44,266 bases of DNA. Origin: Octopus bimaculoides. Its lineage: Eukaryota. The stretch lies in NCBI RefSeq assembly GCF_001194135.2, contig NC_068996.1:51071408-51115673 (forward strand), given 5' to 3'. Both the position numbers and the translations under genes were made by a program. The notes under the pieces were generated by a model. The model worked only from the letters and a program-made list of their open reading frames with translations. It did not search any database and was not told the DNA's origin. Positions 24,132 to 35,110 of this stretch are shown here, piece after piece (position 1 is the stretch's first letter; each line of letters begins with the position of its first letter).

Positions 24132-24499
24132 TTGTTGTTGGCACTCCGTCGCTTACGTCTAGGGTTCCAGTTGATCCGATCAACGGAACAGCCTGCTCAT
24201 GAAATTAACGTGCAAGTGGCTGAGCACTCCACAGACACGTGTACCCTTAACGTAGTTCTCGGGGATATTCAGCGTGACACAGTGTGACAAGGCTGACCCT
24301 TTGAATTACAGGCACAACAGAAACAGGAAGTAAGAATGAGAGAAAGTTGTGGTGAAAGAGTACAGCAGGGTTCGCCACCATCCCCTGCCGGATCCTCGTG
24401 GAGCTTTAGGTGTTTTCGCTCAATAAATGCTCACAACACCTGATCTGGGAATCGAAACCGCGAGTCCGCTGCCCTAACCACTGGGCCATTGCACCTCCA
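24132..24499 (-). mobile_element. tRNA-derived SINE, family C
   Basis: The minus-strand head tggaggtgcaatggcccagtggttagggcagcggactcgcggtttcgattccc has A- and B-box-like motifs; homologous to 10181-10537. Confidence 0.92.
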
Positions 24500-24611
24500 C
24501 TAACATCTTAAGATACATGGCAACACTTTTGGTGGAGGTTTGAGTTATTTCAGAAAGGGGCATAAGGAAGTAATGTGAATAAAGCTTGCAATAAAGTTTT
24601 AAATAAAACTT

Positions 24612-24946
24612 CTTTTGCAAATGTTGGGCCTCATGGAGGCAAAGTGGTTGAGTTCCTTTCAAGTGTTGGGTCTAATGGAGGCAATGACCAAGACCTTTAG
24701 CGTTATGTTGTGCTTGAGAGGACCCATCAAGCTGAACAAAATTGCAGTTGTGGCAGGCAGATACTGGTGTCATGTAAAAGCACCCATTAAACTCTCGGAG
24801 TGGTTGGCATTAGGAAGGGCATCCAGCCATAGAAAACCATGCCAAATCAGACTGGAGTCTGGTGCAGCCTTCTAGTATACCAGCCCAGTCAAACCGTCCC
24901 ACCCATGCCAGCATGGAAAGCGGACGTTAAACGATGATGATGATAT
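24612..24946 (+). mobile_element. Family D repeat with (GAT)n tail
   Basis: Shares gtaaaagcaccca...ggagtggttggc.ttaggaaggg...gcatggaaagcggacgttaaacgatgatgatg with 22990-23482. Confidence 0.85.
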
Positions 24947-25882
24947 GATATATACATGCTCTGCCAGGGTCTGTTAGTGGAACTTATCGGTGATGCCACA
25001 TATTTCCAGTTACACAGTATACTATTTAATTTCAAGGAAATGTAATTTTTTTGCAGTTTTACAATATTTCATAGTTAAACTTTAATATCTAGCACTCGTG
25101 TTGTTTAAATATCCTTGAAACCATGTCAAAGATTTAGAATAAAATATTTTCTCCAATTATGAAAATGTACCACCAGTGGTACAACATGGCAGTTGTGTGA
25201 AGTTTATGATGGACCACCAGAGGTCCACATGGAAGTTAATGTGTTAAAGTGGGGCATAGGAAAAAATGGTTGAAAAACACTGGAGTAAACAACTATGAAA
25301 GAGGATTTATTTTAGTTTTCTCTTTGCCCACCATACTATCATGTTTTGGCTTCTGTTACTTTCAGTACAATATAGAATTACTTTTGGGTTCTCTCCTTTC
25401 CCCAGGCTAATGTTTCATCCAGTTTCCCCCACTAGGTACATGGCAGCTGTTGTTTCACATTGTGGTACAATTCCTAACTTTGACCCATCTAACATAACCA
25501 AGTTGATTGTTTTAACCTCGAACCAGTACCCACTCTGTTGTTTTTTCCTTTTATTTTAAAGTTTGTTTTTTTTCTTGCACTTGTCGTTTTTTTACCAGTC
25601 AGATAATCATATGGTACAAGTTACCTGCATAAAATGCCTAATATGCAGTTTGCAGCTTCTCTTTATTCCTGAAAATCTTGAAGCTTTATCAGTTCTCAGG
25701 TCCTTAATTATTTTGCTCTCCATAAAATTAGCATTATAGTTGGCTCCTTATTTCAGTCATGAATTTTAAGATCTTATTTCCTTTTCTTCACTATCCTTTC
25801 ACAAAGATATTTCTTGCTTTTAACTTTTCATTATGACCCAAATCGCTTAGTCTGAAACCCAATTTATTTCACGTATTTAACA

Positions 25883-25985
25883 AAGTTTGCTTTAGAAGCA
25901 TTGAGATGTATTGAAAAATACAGGTAAAAAAAGCACTTGATGTGTAATCACAAACATGTGGGTTCGAGTCTCATAACTGGCCACC
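25883..25985 (+). repeat. Decayed tRNA-like repeat related to 37834-38039
   Basis: aagtttgctttagaagcattgagatgt matches 37834-37861. aaagcacttgatgtgtaatcac...gggttcgagtc...gccacc matches the minus-strand tRNA-like sequence at 37966-38039. Confidence 0.6.
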
Positions 25986-26592
25986 AACAGATTTTTCTGC
26001 AAAATATGGATAGTTTATTCTCTTCATACTATATTATTAGCATTATTCTGCATCTGAGAATAAAACTCTTTCCTTATCTGTATCTTTCAATTCATTTTAG
26101 TTTCCTCCCAACATTATTCTATATTTGAAGCTCTTCACCTCTTTCTTTTTCAACTTTTTTTAAACGAGGGGTGGAGAAACTTTTCAGTGCAGCAGGCAAA
26201 AATTTCCAAAGAAAAAGGTCTGCTGGTGAATCACAAATTCTATCTTGTATAATTGTGTAGATCTTGTATATATCTGTGTATAAATCAATATACATTAATA
26301 AAGATAAGTTTAACAGGTAACATCTTCATTAATGCTGCCACTGAATTTAGGGCGTTTATATTACTCGTGAGGTATTCTATATTTTTCAGACAGAGTGTAG
26401 TTGGGTCTCAAAGGGGTGGTACAAACCTAGCAGTATGTGTTTTTTTTTAGTGAAAACAAATTTTTCATTCAAATGGCAATTTGAGTCTAACTGTTTTAAG
26501 TCATAATGCAAATGTGACCTATGTTGCAAATAGGTATATGAATATTATATAAATAGTACAAAGAATTATTATTATTATTATTATTATTATTC

Positions 26593-27062
26593 AAGATGGT
26601 GAGCTGGCAGAAGTGTTAGCATGTCGGGCAAAATGCTTAGTAGTATTTTGTTTGTTGGTACATTCTGAGTTCAAATTCCGCCAAGGTTGACTTTACCTTC
26701 CATCCTTTCGGAGTCAGTAAATTTAAATACCAGTTGACAACTGGGGTCAATGTAATCAACTATTCCCCCCACTCCACCATATTTCAGGCCTTGTGCATAT
26801 AATAGAAAGGATTATTATTAGCAAGGTAGTGAGTTGGCAGAATCCTTAGCACACTGGACAGAGTGTTCAGCAGCATTGTGAGTTCAAATCCCACTGGAGT
26901 CATCTTTGCCTTTTCATCCCTTTGGGGGTCAATAAAATAAAGTACTAGTCCAGTTCTGAGGTCAATAAAATAAAGTACCAGTCAAATTCTGAGGTCAATG
27001 TGTCCAACTTGTTTCTTCCCCAAAATAAATTTCATGACCTTTTATGTCTGCATTAAAACAAT
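26593..27062 (+). mobile_element. Two head-to-tail family A SINEs within ATT repeats; the second has an internal 33-bp duplication
   Basis: (ATT)n-SINE-attattatta-SINE-attattatt; ggtcaataaaataaagtac[tc]agtc[ca]a[ga]ttctga occurs twice at ~26926-26998. Confidence 0.9.
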
Positions 27063-27184
27063 TATTATTTATTAATTGTGTGTCCACTTTCCATGCTAGC
27101 ATGGAAAGCGGACGTTAAACGATGATGATGATGTGATATCAGCTGCTTGTTAAGACCTTGTTAAAGTACTCTGCAACCCCTTAA

Positions 27185-27342
27185 CCCTCTAGTATTCAGA
27201 TTACTGTTTTAAACATAATGCTTATGTAGTGATATCATTTTTAGAATGACATTATAGGGTAGGTGTGAAAGGCCAGATATAACCAGTTTGAACTTAAAAC
27301 CGAATATTTTGACCAGATAAGGCTGGTTTAAATGCTAAAGGG
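27185..27342. mobile_element. piggyBac-type MITE (158 bp)
   Basis: TTAA|ccctctagtattcagat...aatgctaaaggg|TTAA. Confidence 0.88.
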
Positions 27343-27529
27343 TTAAAGAGTTATTTATAGTTTTTGCTGTTATTTTTAGATGTTTGATGGTATTGGGTAA
27401 ATCATTACACTATAACGACAACAAAGAACAAGATGGTTTTCTTCAGGAGCTGCTATGATTCTGGGTTTAGCTGAATCTACTTGAATTATAAAAGCGAAAT
27501 AAACATCCAAACAACCAGCAAATTTAATT

Positions 27530-27890
27530 GTAAATGTGGCTGCATGTTAAGAAATTTGTTTCTCACCCACATGGTTCTGAGTTTAGTCCCACTGCATGGT
27601 ATCTTCTGCAAGTGTCTTCTACCGTAGCCCCAGGCCAACCAAATCCTTGTGAATGATTTGGTAGATGGAAACTGAAAGAAGCCCGTCGTTTATGTATGTT
27701 CGTGTGTGTATAACAGTTGCTTGACAACTAATGCTGGTTTGTTTACATTCCCATAACGCAATGGATCAGTCAAGAAGACAATTAGAACAAGTACCAGGCT
27801 TTAAAATGAACATAAGGTCTTTTCGTTCGACTAGATCTTTCAATGTAATGCTACAGTATGGCCGCAGGGCAATAACTGAAATGAATAAGG
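27530..27890 (+). mobile_element. tRNA-derived SINE, family B
   Basis: ccacatggttctgagtttagtcccactgcatgg...ggtagatggaaactgaaagaagcccgtcgt; homologous to 3609-3918. Confidence 0.85.
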
Positions 27891-30179
27891 ACGTCATATA
27901 GAGAAACAAATGTAAAGGAAATCACAGCAGACAATGAGCTGAAAGTGACTTATTTGTCTAGTAAAGAAGAAGAACCAAAATATTACAAGGACTAAAATAC
28001 GAAAGGTTGGGGTTGAAAAAAATAAATAAAAAGAATAATGGAATAATCTCAATAAGAAGCCATCTTTATTTTTAAAAAAACCCTGCTAATTTCTACATTT
28101 TGCTTTACTGAATTATCGCCCCTATTTTTAATTTTCGTCGGTATCATTAAACATAAATATGATAAAGCGAGTTAAGATGAAAATTAAGAGTAAATCTTTA
28201 TTCGATTAAATAAAAGGCTTTTTTATCTACAAAATTATACATCGTTTTCTGGAGAAATAGAATAAATTTAAGTGTTTCATCACACAGGAGTTATTTGGAC
28301 AATGTTAATTTGACAACAAGGGAGGTAATTATGGTAATTTACTTAATAATTATCTAACTTGCATTATTTTCTCCTTAATAAAGGNNNNNNNNNNNNNNNN
28401 NNNNNNNNNNNNNNNNNNNNNNNNNNNNNNNNNNNNNNNNNNNNNNNNNNNNNNNNNNNNNNNNNNNNNNNNNNNNNNNNNNNNNNNNNNNNNNNNNNNN
28501 NNNNNNNNNNNNNNNNNNNNNNNNNNNNNNNNNNNNNNNNNNNNNNNNNNNNNNNNNNNNNNNNNNNNNNNNNNNNNNNNNNNNNNNNNNNNNNNNNNNN
28601 NNNNNNNNNNNNNNNNNNNNNNNNNNNNNNNNNNNNNNNNNNNNNNNNNNNNNNNNNNNNNNNNNNNNNNNNNNNNNNNNNNNNNNNNNNNNNNNNNNNN
28701 NNNNNNNNNNNNNNNNNNNNNNNNNNNNNNNNNNNNNNNNNNNNNNNNNNNNNNNNNNNNNNNNNNNNNNNNNNNNNNNNNNNNNNNNNNNNNNNNNNNN
28801 NNNNNNNNNNNNNNNNNNNNNNNNNNNNNNNNNNNNNNNNNNNNNNNNNNNNNNNNNNNNNNNNNNNNNNNNNNNNNNNNNNNNNNNNNNNNNNNNNNNN
28901 NNNNNNNNNNNNNNNNNNNNNNNNNNNNNNNNNNNNNNNNNNNNNNNNNNNNNNNNNNNNNNNNNNNNNNNNNNNNNNNNNNNNNNNNNNNNNNNNNNNN
29001 NNNNNNNNNNNNNNNNNNNNNNNNNNNNNNNNNNNNNNNNNNNNNNNNNNNNNNNNNNNNNNNNNNNNNNNNNNNNNNNNNNNNNNNNNNNNNNNNNNNN
29101 NNNNNNNNNNNNNNNNNNNNNNNTTATTTTTTTAAATTTTCAGAAATTTTTTGTATTCTACCCACTTGAATCCATACGATTATACAAACCCTTCCCAAAC
29201 AAACTTTTGATGCGTGATTTAAGGCCTATTTAGATGTTATTTTTTGCACATCGCACGACCACCTGATACGTCATGTATTTTAAGCATTTTATAAGCGAAA
29301 AATTACAAAAAAAAACAAAACAAAAAAAACGAGTAAACAACACATATTTTGTAGTTTTAAGCATTTAATATGCATTTAAACAGCACATTACAAATGAAAT
29401 ATTTATCAAAATATCAAACTTGGAAAATTTATCAACACAACGTAAAATATTCGCAAACAGCAACAGATGGGCACAAGCAGCTGAACACAGAGTAAACACA
29501 CATGTTTCGAGTGGCTAAAATTACCCCAAAATTGCAAACTTTAAAAGCTATTAACTCTTTATTTATTTTTTAAGGAGAAAATGAATTTCATGTCAAGGAT
29601 TAGCATACAAAATTACACCAACACACCAAATACAAAATCAATTGAATTGAAGAAATTAAAAAGTGGCAGCCAAATAGAAAAGATCTCTGTCCAAAAGGAC
29701 AATGATGGGTTATTACAATTCCGTACATCAGTCATCTTCTCTGGATGGTCATTAATGGAATGTTGCATATCACATTCTACATCATATATGCAGCTTCCAA
29801 TAACGAAGTTTGTCTCATAAAACTAAACGTATGGTTCAGCAGATTGAATTTACAAACTAACACTTGTAGCCACAATATCATGCCACACAGAATTTTCCAC
29901 CAAGCTGGAGATTTTTTTAAACAAGATTGCTCGTGATAGCAAACCACAAAGCCATTGGAAGCAACTTCTTATGAGTTATTTTACTGGAAATTTTCTACGG
30001 TAACGCTCGCCTGCATAAAGCGTAGGTAGTAGATTGGTTAGTTTGTGCGTGCATATGTAAAGTAATTCATGTAGAATTTAAGCAAGCTGCTCCAAAAATC
30101 AATGCCTGTGAAGTGAATGAGAAAAGCTTGACCTGCAATATTTGCGAATTAGTATTTTAATCAAGAACTAAGCTCAATA

Positions 30180-30253
30180 GCCGGTTTCTAACCAAGATCC
30201 AAGGCTGGCTTCTAACCTAAATCCAAGCTGGTTTCTAACCTGGATCCAAGGCT
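30180..30253. repeat. Three 23-24 bp tandem units
   Basis: gc[ct]gg[tc]ttctaacc....atccaa(g), three times. Confidence 0.85.
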
Positions 30254-30282
30254 CCTTCAATTGAATATCAACATCAACAAGG

Positions 30283-30311
30283 TATGTATGTATGTATGTA
30301 TGTATGTATGC

Positions 30312-30344
<33 letters not shown>

Positions 30345-30347
30345 TGT
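30283..30347. repeat. (GTAT)n microsatellite
   Basis: Direct reading. Confidence 0.95.
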
Positions 30348-30349
30348 GC

Positions 30350-31320
30350 AGATTTGTATGTTCTATATATGTATTCTCATGCATATAGTTGCATATCTAG
30401 ACATGCTCATATATATTTAAATGATAAACTTCTGCAAAGTTTTTCAGATTTTTACAATTCCAGTGATGGACTGGGATCTGTAGTCTTCAAATCAGTTTTC
30501 TCTTTTCTGTTTTGAGAAACCTAATTTCCCAAGATTTGTATTTAGGTAGTGTGTTACATATCCCAGGGCCCCAATAATTACAGGTACAAACCTGAACTTG
30601 TAATCTGGATAGAGAAGCTGTAGATTCCTCAATAATTCAGCATAGGTGTTTTCTTTTTCGCTGATCTTTAGCTTTATGTTAACATCCACTGGGCAGCTGA
30701 TTTCCATAACTATACACAGTTTCTCTTTTTTATCTGAAATCATTATATCAGGTCTGTTGGGTTTTACATTTTATTCAAGTTTTCAATGGGACATTCCACC
30801 AGTATTCCTTTTCATTATGAGTGGCTATGGCTTCCACCATACTGTGGGTTCTTATTTCTTTGTCCTTGAAGTTATCCTTCCAACAGATTTCATTATAGAG
30901 TGTCCTAGCTACAACATCATGTCTCATCAGTAGATTATACCTTGATAACATTTTCAGACAACTGCTTATGATGTGGGTAATATCTTCAGTGTTAACTCCA
31001 CAGAGTCTGCATCGGTTATCAGATTTTGCTGCTTTTCCTGCATCTCTATCCCTTTTGTGCATGAGATACTCTGTTGATATTTCCTGTTCCTGGATTGCAA
31101 ACACATGCCCTTCAAAGTGGGAGGTAGTAATCCAGTTGTCAGTCTATGATGGACTACTTTGATGATCAATGTTACTATCATCACAGAGCTTTCTATTGAC
31201 ATATCCATGCATAGTCTTCTGCTCATACACACTCATCCTTTCATCTGATGATTTGTTGCGGTAGAATCGTGGAGCTGCTTTCCAAGTCTCATGATGTTAT
31301 CAACCTCATGTATGTATTAA
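30350..31320 (-). pseudogene. 5'-truncated R2-superfamily (R4/Dong-like) LINE: CCHC knuckle plus restriction-like endonuclease
   Basis: FAIQEQEIST...CRLCGVNTEDITHIISSC...RHDVVAR...EISCPVD...EKENTY...FVPVIIGALG, with stops and frameshifts. Confidence 0.9.
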
Positions 31321-31321
31321 T

Positions 31322-31688
31322 GCAGGACACTGATTGGGAGAACAATGCCTGTCATCGCCACAGATGGAGGAAGCAGGTTAAGGAGGGGATTGACACTTTT
31401 GAGAGAGCACGTATCCGGCATGAAGAACTTAAGCGTGCTGCACGAAAGCGCACTGCTGGTGTAGTGAATGGGGAAAGCTTGGTCTGCAATGTTTGCAGTC
31501 GTGTATGCTTGTCAAGAGCAGGGCTCATTAGCCACCAACAGAGCCGNNNNNNNNNNTGTCAAGAGCAGGGCTCATTAGCCACCAACAGAGCCGCAAATGC
31601 AAAATATAAGTTAGTCCTAGAGCGCACAATGTTCCTAAAGGTCGGCAATGGTCTTCCTCGTCTCACGTGTGGACGGCCATCATCATGT
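31322..31688 (+). pseudogene. 3' fragment of an RTE (BovB-like) LINE with a C-terminal C2H2-like finger
   Basis: WENNACHRHRWRKQVKEGIDTFERARIRHEELKRAARK...CNVCSRVCLSRAGLISH; ends gacggccatcatcat. Confidence 0.85.
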
Positions 31689-31761
31689 ATGTATGGATGG
31701 ATGGATGGATGCATGGATGCATGCATGCTTGTGTGTATGATGCACATGTGTGTCTAAGTAT

Positions 31762-31880
31762 GTGGGCGTAGACATGACAATGTGGCAAAATTCACTTTGA
31801 AACCATGCGGTCTCAGGCCCAATCCCACTGTGGAGCACCTTGGACAAATATATTTTTACCATAACCTCGGGTTGACCCCT
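31762..31880 (+). mobile_element. Partial family B SINE (5' part)
   Basis: ggcgtag...cccactgtggagcaccttggacaa...ctcgggttgacc. Confidence 0.6.
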
Positions 31881-33540
31881 ACCTTGGGAGTGAAATTGGG
31901 TAGAGTAAAACTGTGTACACGCACGTCGAGTGGATTATATACGTAATTCAAAGGTAGACTTTTGCCACATGTTGTCACTTGCGCATAAATGTTAGGGGTA
32001 CATATGTTTATGGAATGATGTTTGCCTCATTTCGTCAGATGGTAGCCGTCTCACATTCTGCCGGATTGTTCTGATTTACTTTCATCCTTGCTTGTGTGCA
32101 GATGTGACTTTCTGCACGCATCACTACACATCCATCACCACAGGACTTTACAAAACAGACCAAGAAATGAAATGATAGTGAGACATGTATACACCATTGG
32201 ATTTAAATGACAAAAAAGCTTGTACAACACTTTTGCTCCTCTCTCGGTCGCCATAATAGATTCCAGTGACAAGCATTGGAAGACGACTGGTACTATTTTG
32301 AGTGAAAGTTTTATGTCAGAGTACCTTTTTCCTAGAAGAGCTGCCTTCCCCACAGCTTTGTCAAAATTAACAGGAGCCTCGTCTACCCCTTAATAATCCA
32401 TCGAAGGGACTTTGACAGGTCCTACCGCTCAGAGTCAGAACGGACCTTGGAGTAATGATAATGAAAGGGTTCACAGGGCCCTATAGTATTTATTTACTGA
32501 CAACATACATAGACCCACAACTGGGTCCCTAGATCCGTGAGTTTCTCCCCCACACACCTATACGCCCGCGTTACTGTCCTTTGTGCCTCATACCTAAAGA
32601 CGGCATTGCCTAGAGGTAGGTGGTGCGCAATACAGCTAACAAGAAAAAGAGTCGTGTTTTAATGAGAATGGTAGGCCAGTTTTCTCCAATGAACAGTATT
32701 CATAATGTAAAGAACTGTAACTAAGTACTGCAAAGCATTTTCCCTACACTCCTTAAATTTCACGGCGTGGTGTTGTTGTATTAAAATGTTGAGGATCAAA
32801 TCAAGTATTTTCAACAAGAAATTTCAAAATATCCTTCACAAACACGAAAATTTTTTAAAATTCACAATTTAAAGTCAGTGTTTTTTTAGATAGAGCACAA
32901 GGATTAGTATTTGGAATGTAAAAATGAAACACTTCGAAAGATAACTTATCAACCGGTCATAAAATGTTGATCACAAAAAATAAAAGTTTCGTTTTTGGTA
33001 CATGCGTGTGTGTGTCAAATGTATAACGAAAACATAACCCAAGAAGTCCAACTCTCTGTGTATGACGATCCCCTGAGAACATTATTTTATACATTGACTT
33101 GTCAACGGAAGCTGTTGTTCTATAATATTAACATCTTAAATACTTAATAGCATTAGCAAAACTATACAACAAAGATTCGACTCATTCTCCGAGCCGGTAT
33201 CTCCTAACCTTGCTGCAGCTGCTAAACCTGTTGATAACCGTTATGACCCACTTACTCTCAACTCAGCACTATCTCAAATTTCTACAATTGGGTGACAAAA
33301 ACTAATGGAGCATCATAGCTCGAATTAAATTATTATGCCAAGCTAGCAGTGTAGCAAACTCATAAGAGGCGGAGAGAGAACGTAGGTTCGTTTGTCCGAA
33401 CAGGAGAAATTATTGATTTCTCATTGGTTGGAAATTACTGCCCATATACAAATTCTGAACTTTCATTAAAGAAATATTTCACGAAGTACGGTTCTAGAAT
33501 TCGTGTATGAGCAGTTATAAAAACTCTGATTTTCGGAAAA

Positions 33541-33628
33541 CTCTCAAATGATCGTTGGACTGTCACTCAAATCCACGACACTCACTCTCAAATGATCGTT
33601 GGACTGTAACTCAAATCCACGACACTCA
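33541..33628. repeat. 44-bp tandem duplication
   Basis: ctctcaaatgatcgttggactgt[ca]actcaaatccacgacactca twice, one mismatch. Confidence 0.95.
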
Positions 33629-33991
33629 CCCTCTTGAGTATCGGCTAATATTTATGCCATGTTCAATAACAGTATCTAGTTGTATCTCGGCCTTCGTGGA
33701 ATTAACCTAATCTGACATCTACCACAAGTAAATGAAATAACGATTTACGATTTTAACTTTTTATTCTTACAGTCTGTAATTCAATATACATACATCTACA
33801 AGACGGGTGCTTCAAGTTTGATCATACAACATATACCATCAGATCTTTTTAGTTGCTGTCACAGATTTCGTACTTTCTTCAATTTTGTCCCAATTGTTTT
33901 CAAATTAGAGTTACACCGATTTAGTTTCGTATGCTAATTAAGAAAATGAAATTCATTTTTTTATTATAAATTAATAAATAAAAAGTTAATA

Positions 33992-34552
33992 GGATCTTTT
34001 TTAAAACGGGGGCCACATTTTTCATTAACGAAACACTTTGAAACTTGGAACACTGGTAGAATGTGTCATATAAAACATCTTTTTCTCTTAGTCTTCTTTA
34101 AAAAAAAAAAGAAATCCCTAAGTTATTCCATGTTAAAGTTGTCGTATTTCTGTAATTTCAACCAATCACTGACGTCCATTCAGCCGATATACATTAAGTG
34201 CCGACTACATAAACAAACGATTCTGAAACAATTCTATCGGTGATAGGGTTAGGGTTAGGGTAAAACAGCAAATTTAAAAAGAAAAAAGCAAAACGAAGCT
34301 ATGGAAATTAAATACGCTTTACACCGCTTAATCAGCTAAAGGAGTAAATATAAACAACTGAATACTTGTCAGTGATTGGTTGAAATTATCGAAATAAGAC
34401 AATTTTTTACATGAAATAAATTCGAATACAAAAATATTTTTCTGTTCTATAACACGAAATAGATAAGTATACGAAGTTTGAAAGTCTTTCCGTACCAAAA
34501 ACACTACGTAAAACATTAATGAAAAATGTGGCCCCCGTTTTAAAAAAGATCC
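33992..34552. mobile_element. 561-bp MITE with perfect 37-bp TIRs and a perfect 8-bp TSD (GG termini, Merlin-like)
   Basis: TSD agttaata at 33984-33991 and 34553-34560; TIR ggatcttttttaaaacgggggccacatttttcattaa at both ends. Confidence 0.92.
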
Positions 34553-34974
34553 AGTTAATAGCTTTTAAAGTTTTCAAATTTCGGATAATTTTAGCCAATC
34601 GAAAGTTCCCATTATACGATATGACTGTAAATCTCACATTAGTGTCTGTTTCCATAGAAACAAACAAATCTGTAGTCTGTCCCGTTTTCATTGTAACAAG
34701 GACGCTATATAGCTTGACTATGACACTTTTACCATCATTTTGTGACAGACAATATTCACGCAGAAAATGTCGGCTTCTGATTCTTGTTTTTGACTAGCTA
34801 AAAATGATGAAATTTTGAGCCTCTGTAACATTTTTCTAATTTTTTTTTTTTCTGGAAAAAATAAATCCCAAATTGGGATTCAGCGTGAAAGATTACATCA
34901 ATAAACCAAATTTGAAAATTTTCACATAATTAAAAAGTTTCCAAATCTATCGTAGCAAGTAGCATTCAACTAAT

Positions 34975-35110
34975 CCCAGCATCCACCTCTTTTCAGTCTG
35001 AGCCATCTAGAGGCCTTCTTGGTAGCCTTTACGTTATTCTTTATGGCTTTTCTTCTGCAAGCTCTTGAAATGCCCAGAATCCCATAGGCCTTACGATTTT
35101 CAAATTTTGA
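34975..35110 (-). pseudogene. 3' end of a HERO-like (R2-superfamily) LINE
   Basis: RKAYGILGISRACRRKAIKNNVKATKKASRWLRLKR resembles HERO C-termini (RAYxxLGI...EAAEKASRWLWIRR) as I recall them. Confidence 0.7.

Noticed and set aside
29581-29936. 79-aa and 63-aa + ORFs and a ~75-codon minus-strand frame
   Set aside because: No family motif and no clear splice signals; it may be an old TE remnant.
31510-31593. 37-bp direct repeat on either side of the 10-N gap
   Set aside because: This is a typical unmerged contig overlap, so an assembly artefact.
32135-32380. 72-aa minus-strand ORF
   Set aside because: No motif, weak splice sites and a non-ATG start.
34244-34261. TTAGGG repeats as a telomere or chromosome-fusion scar
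   Set aside because: Only 2-3 units, lying inside a MITE with intact TIRs.
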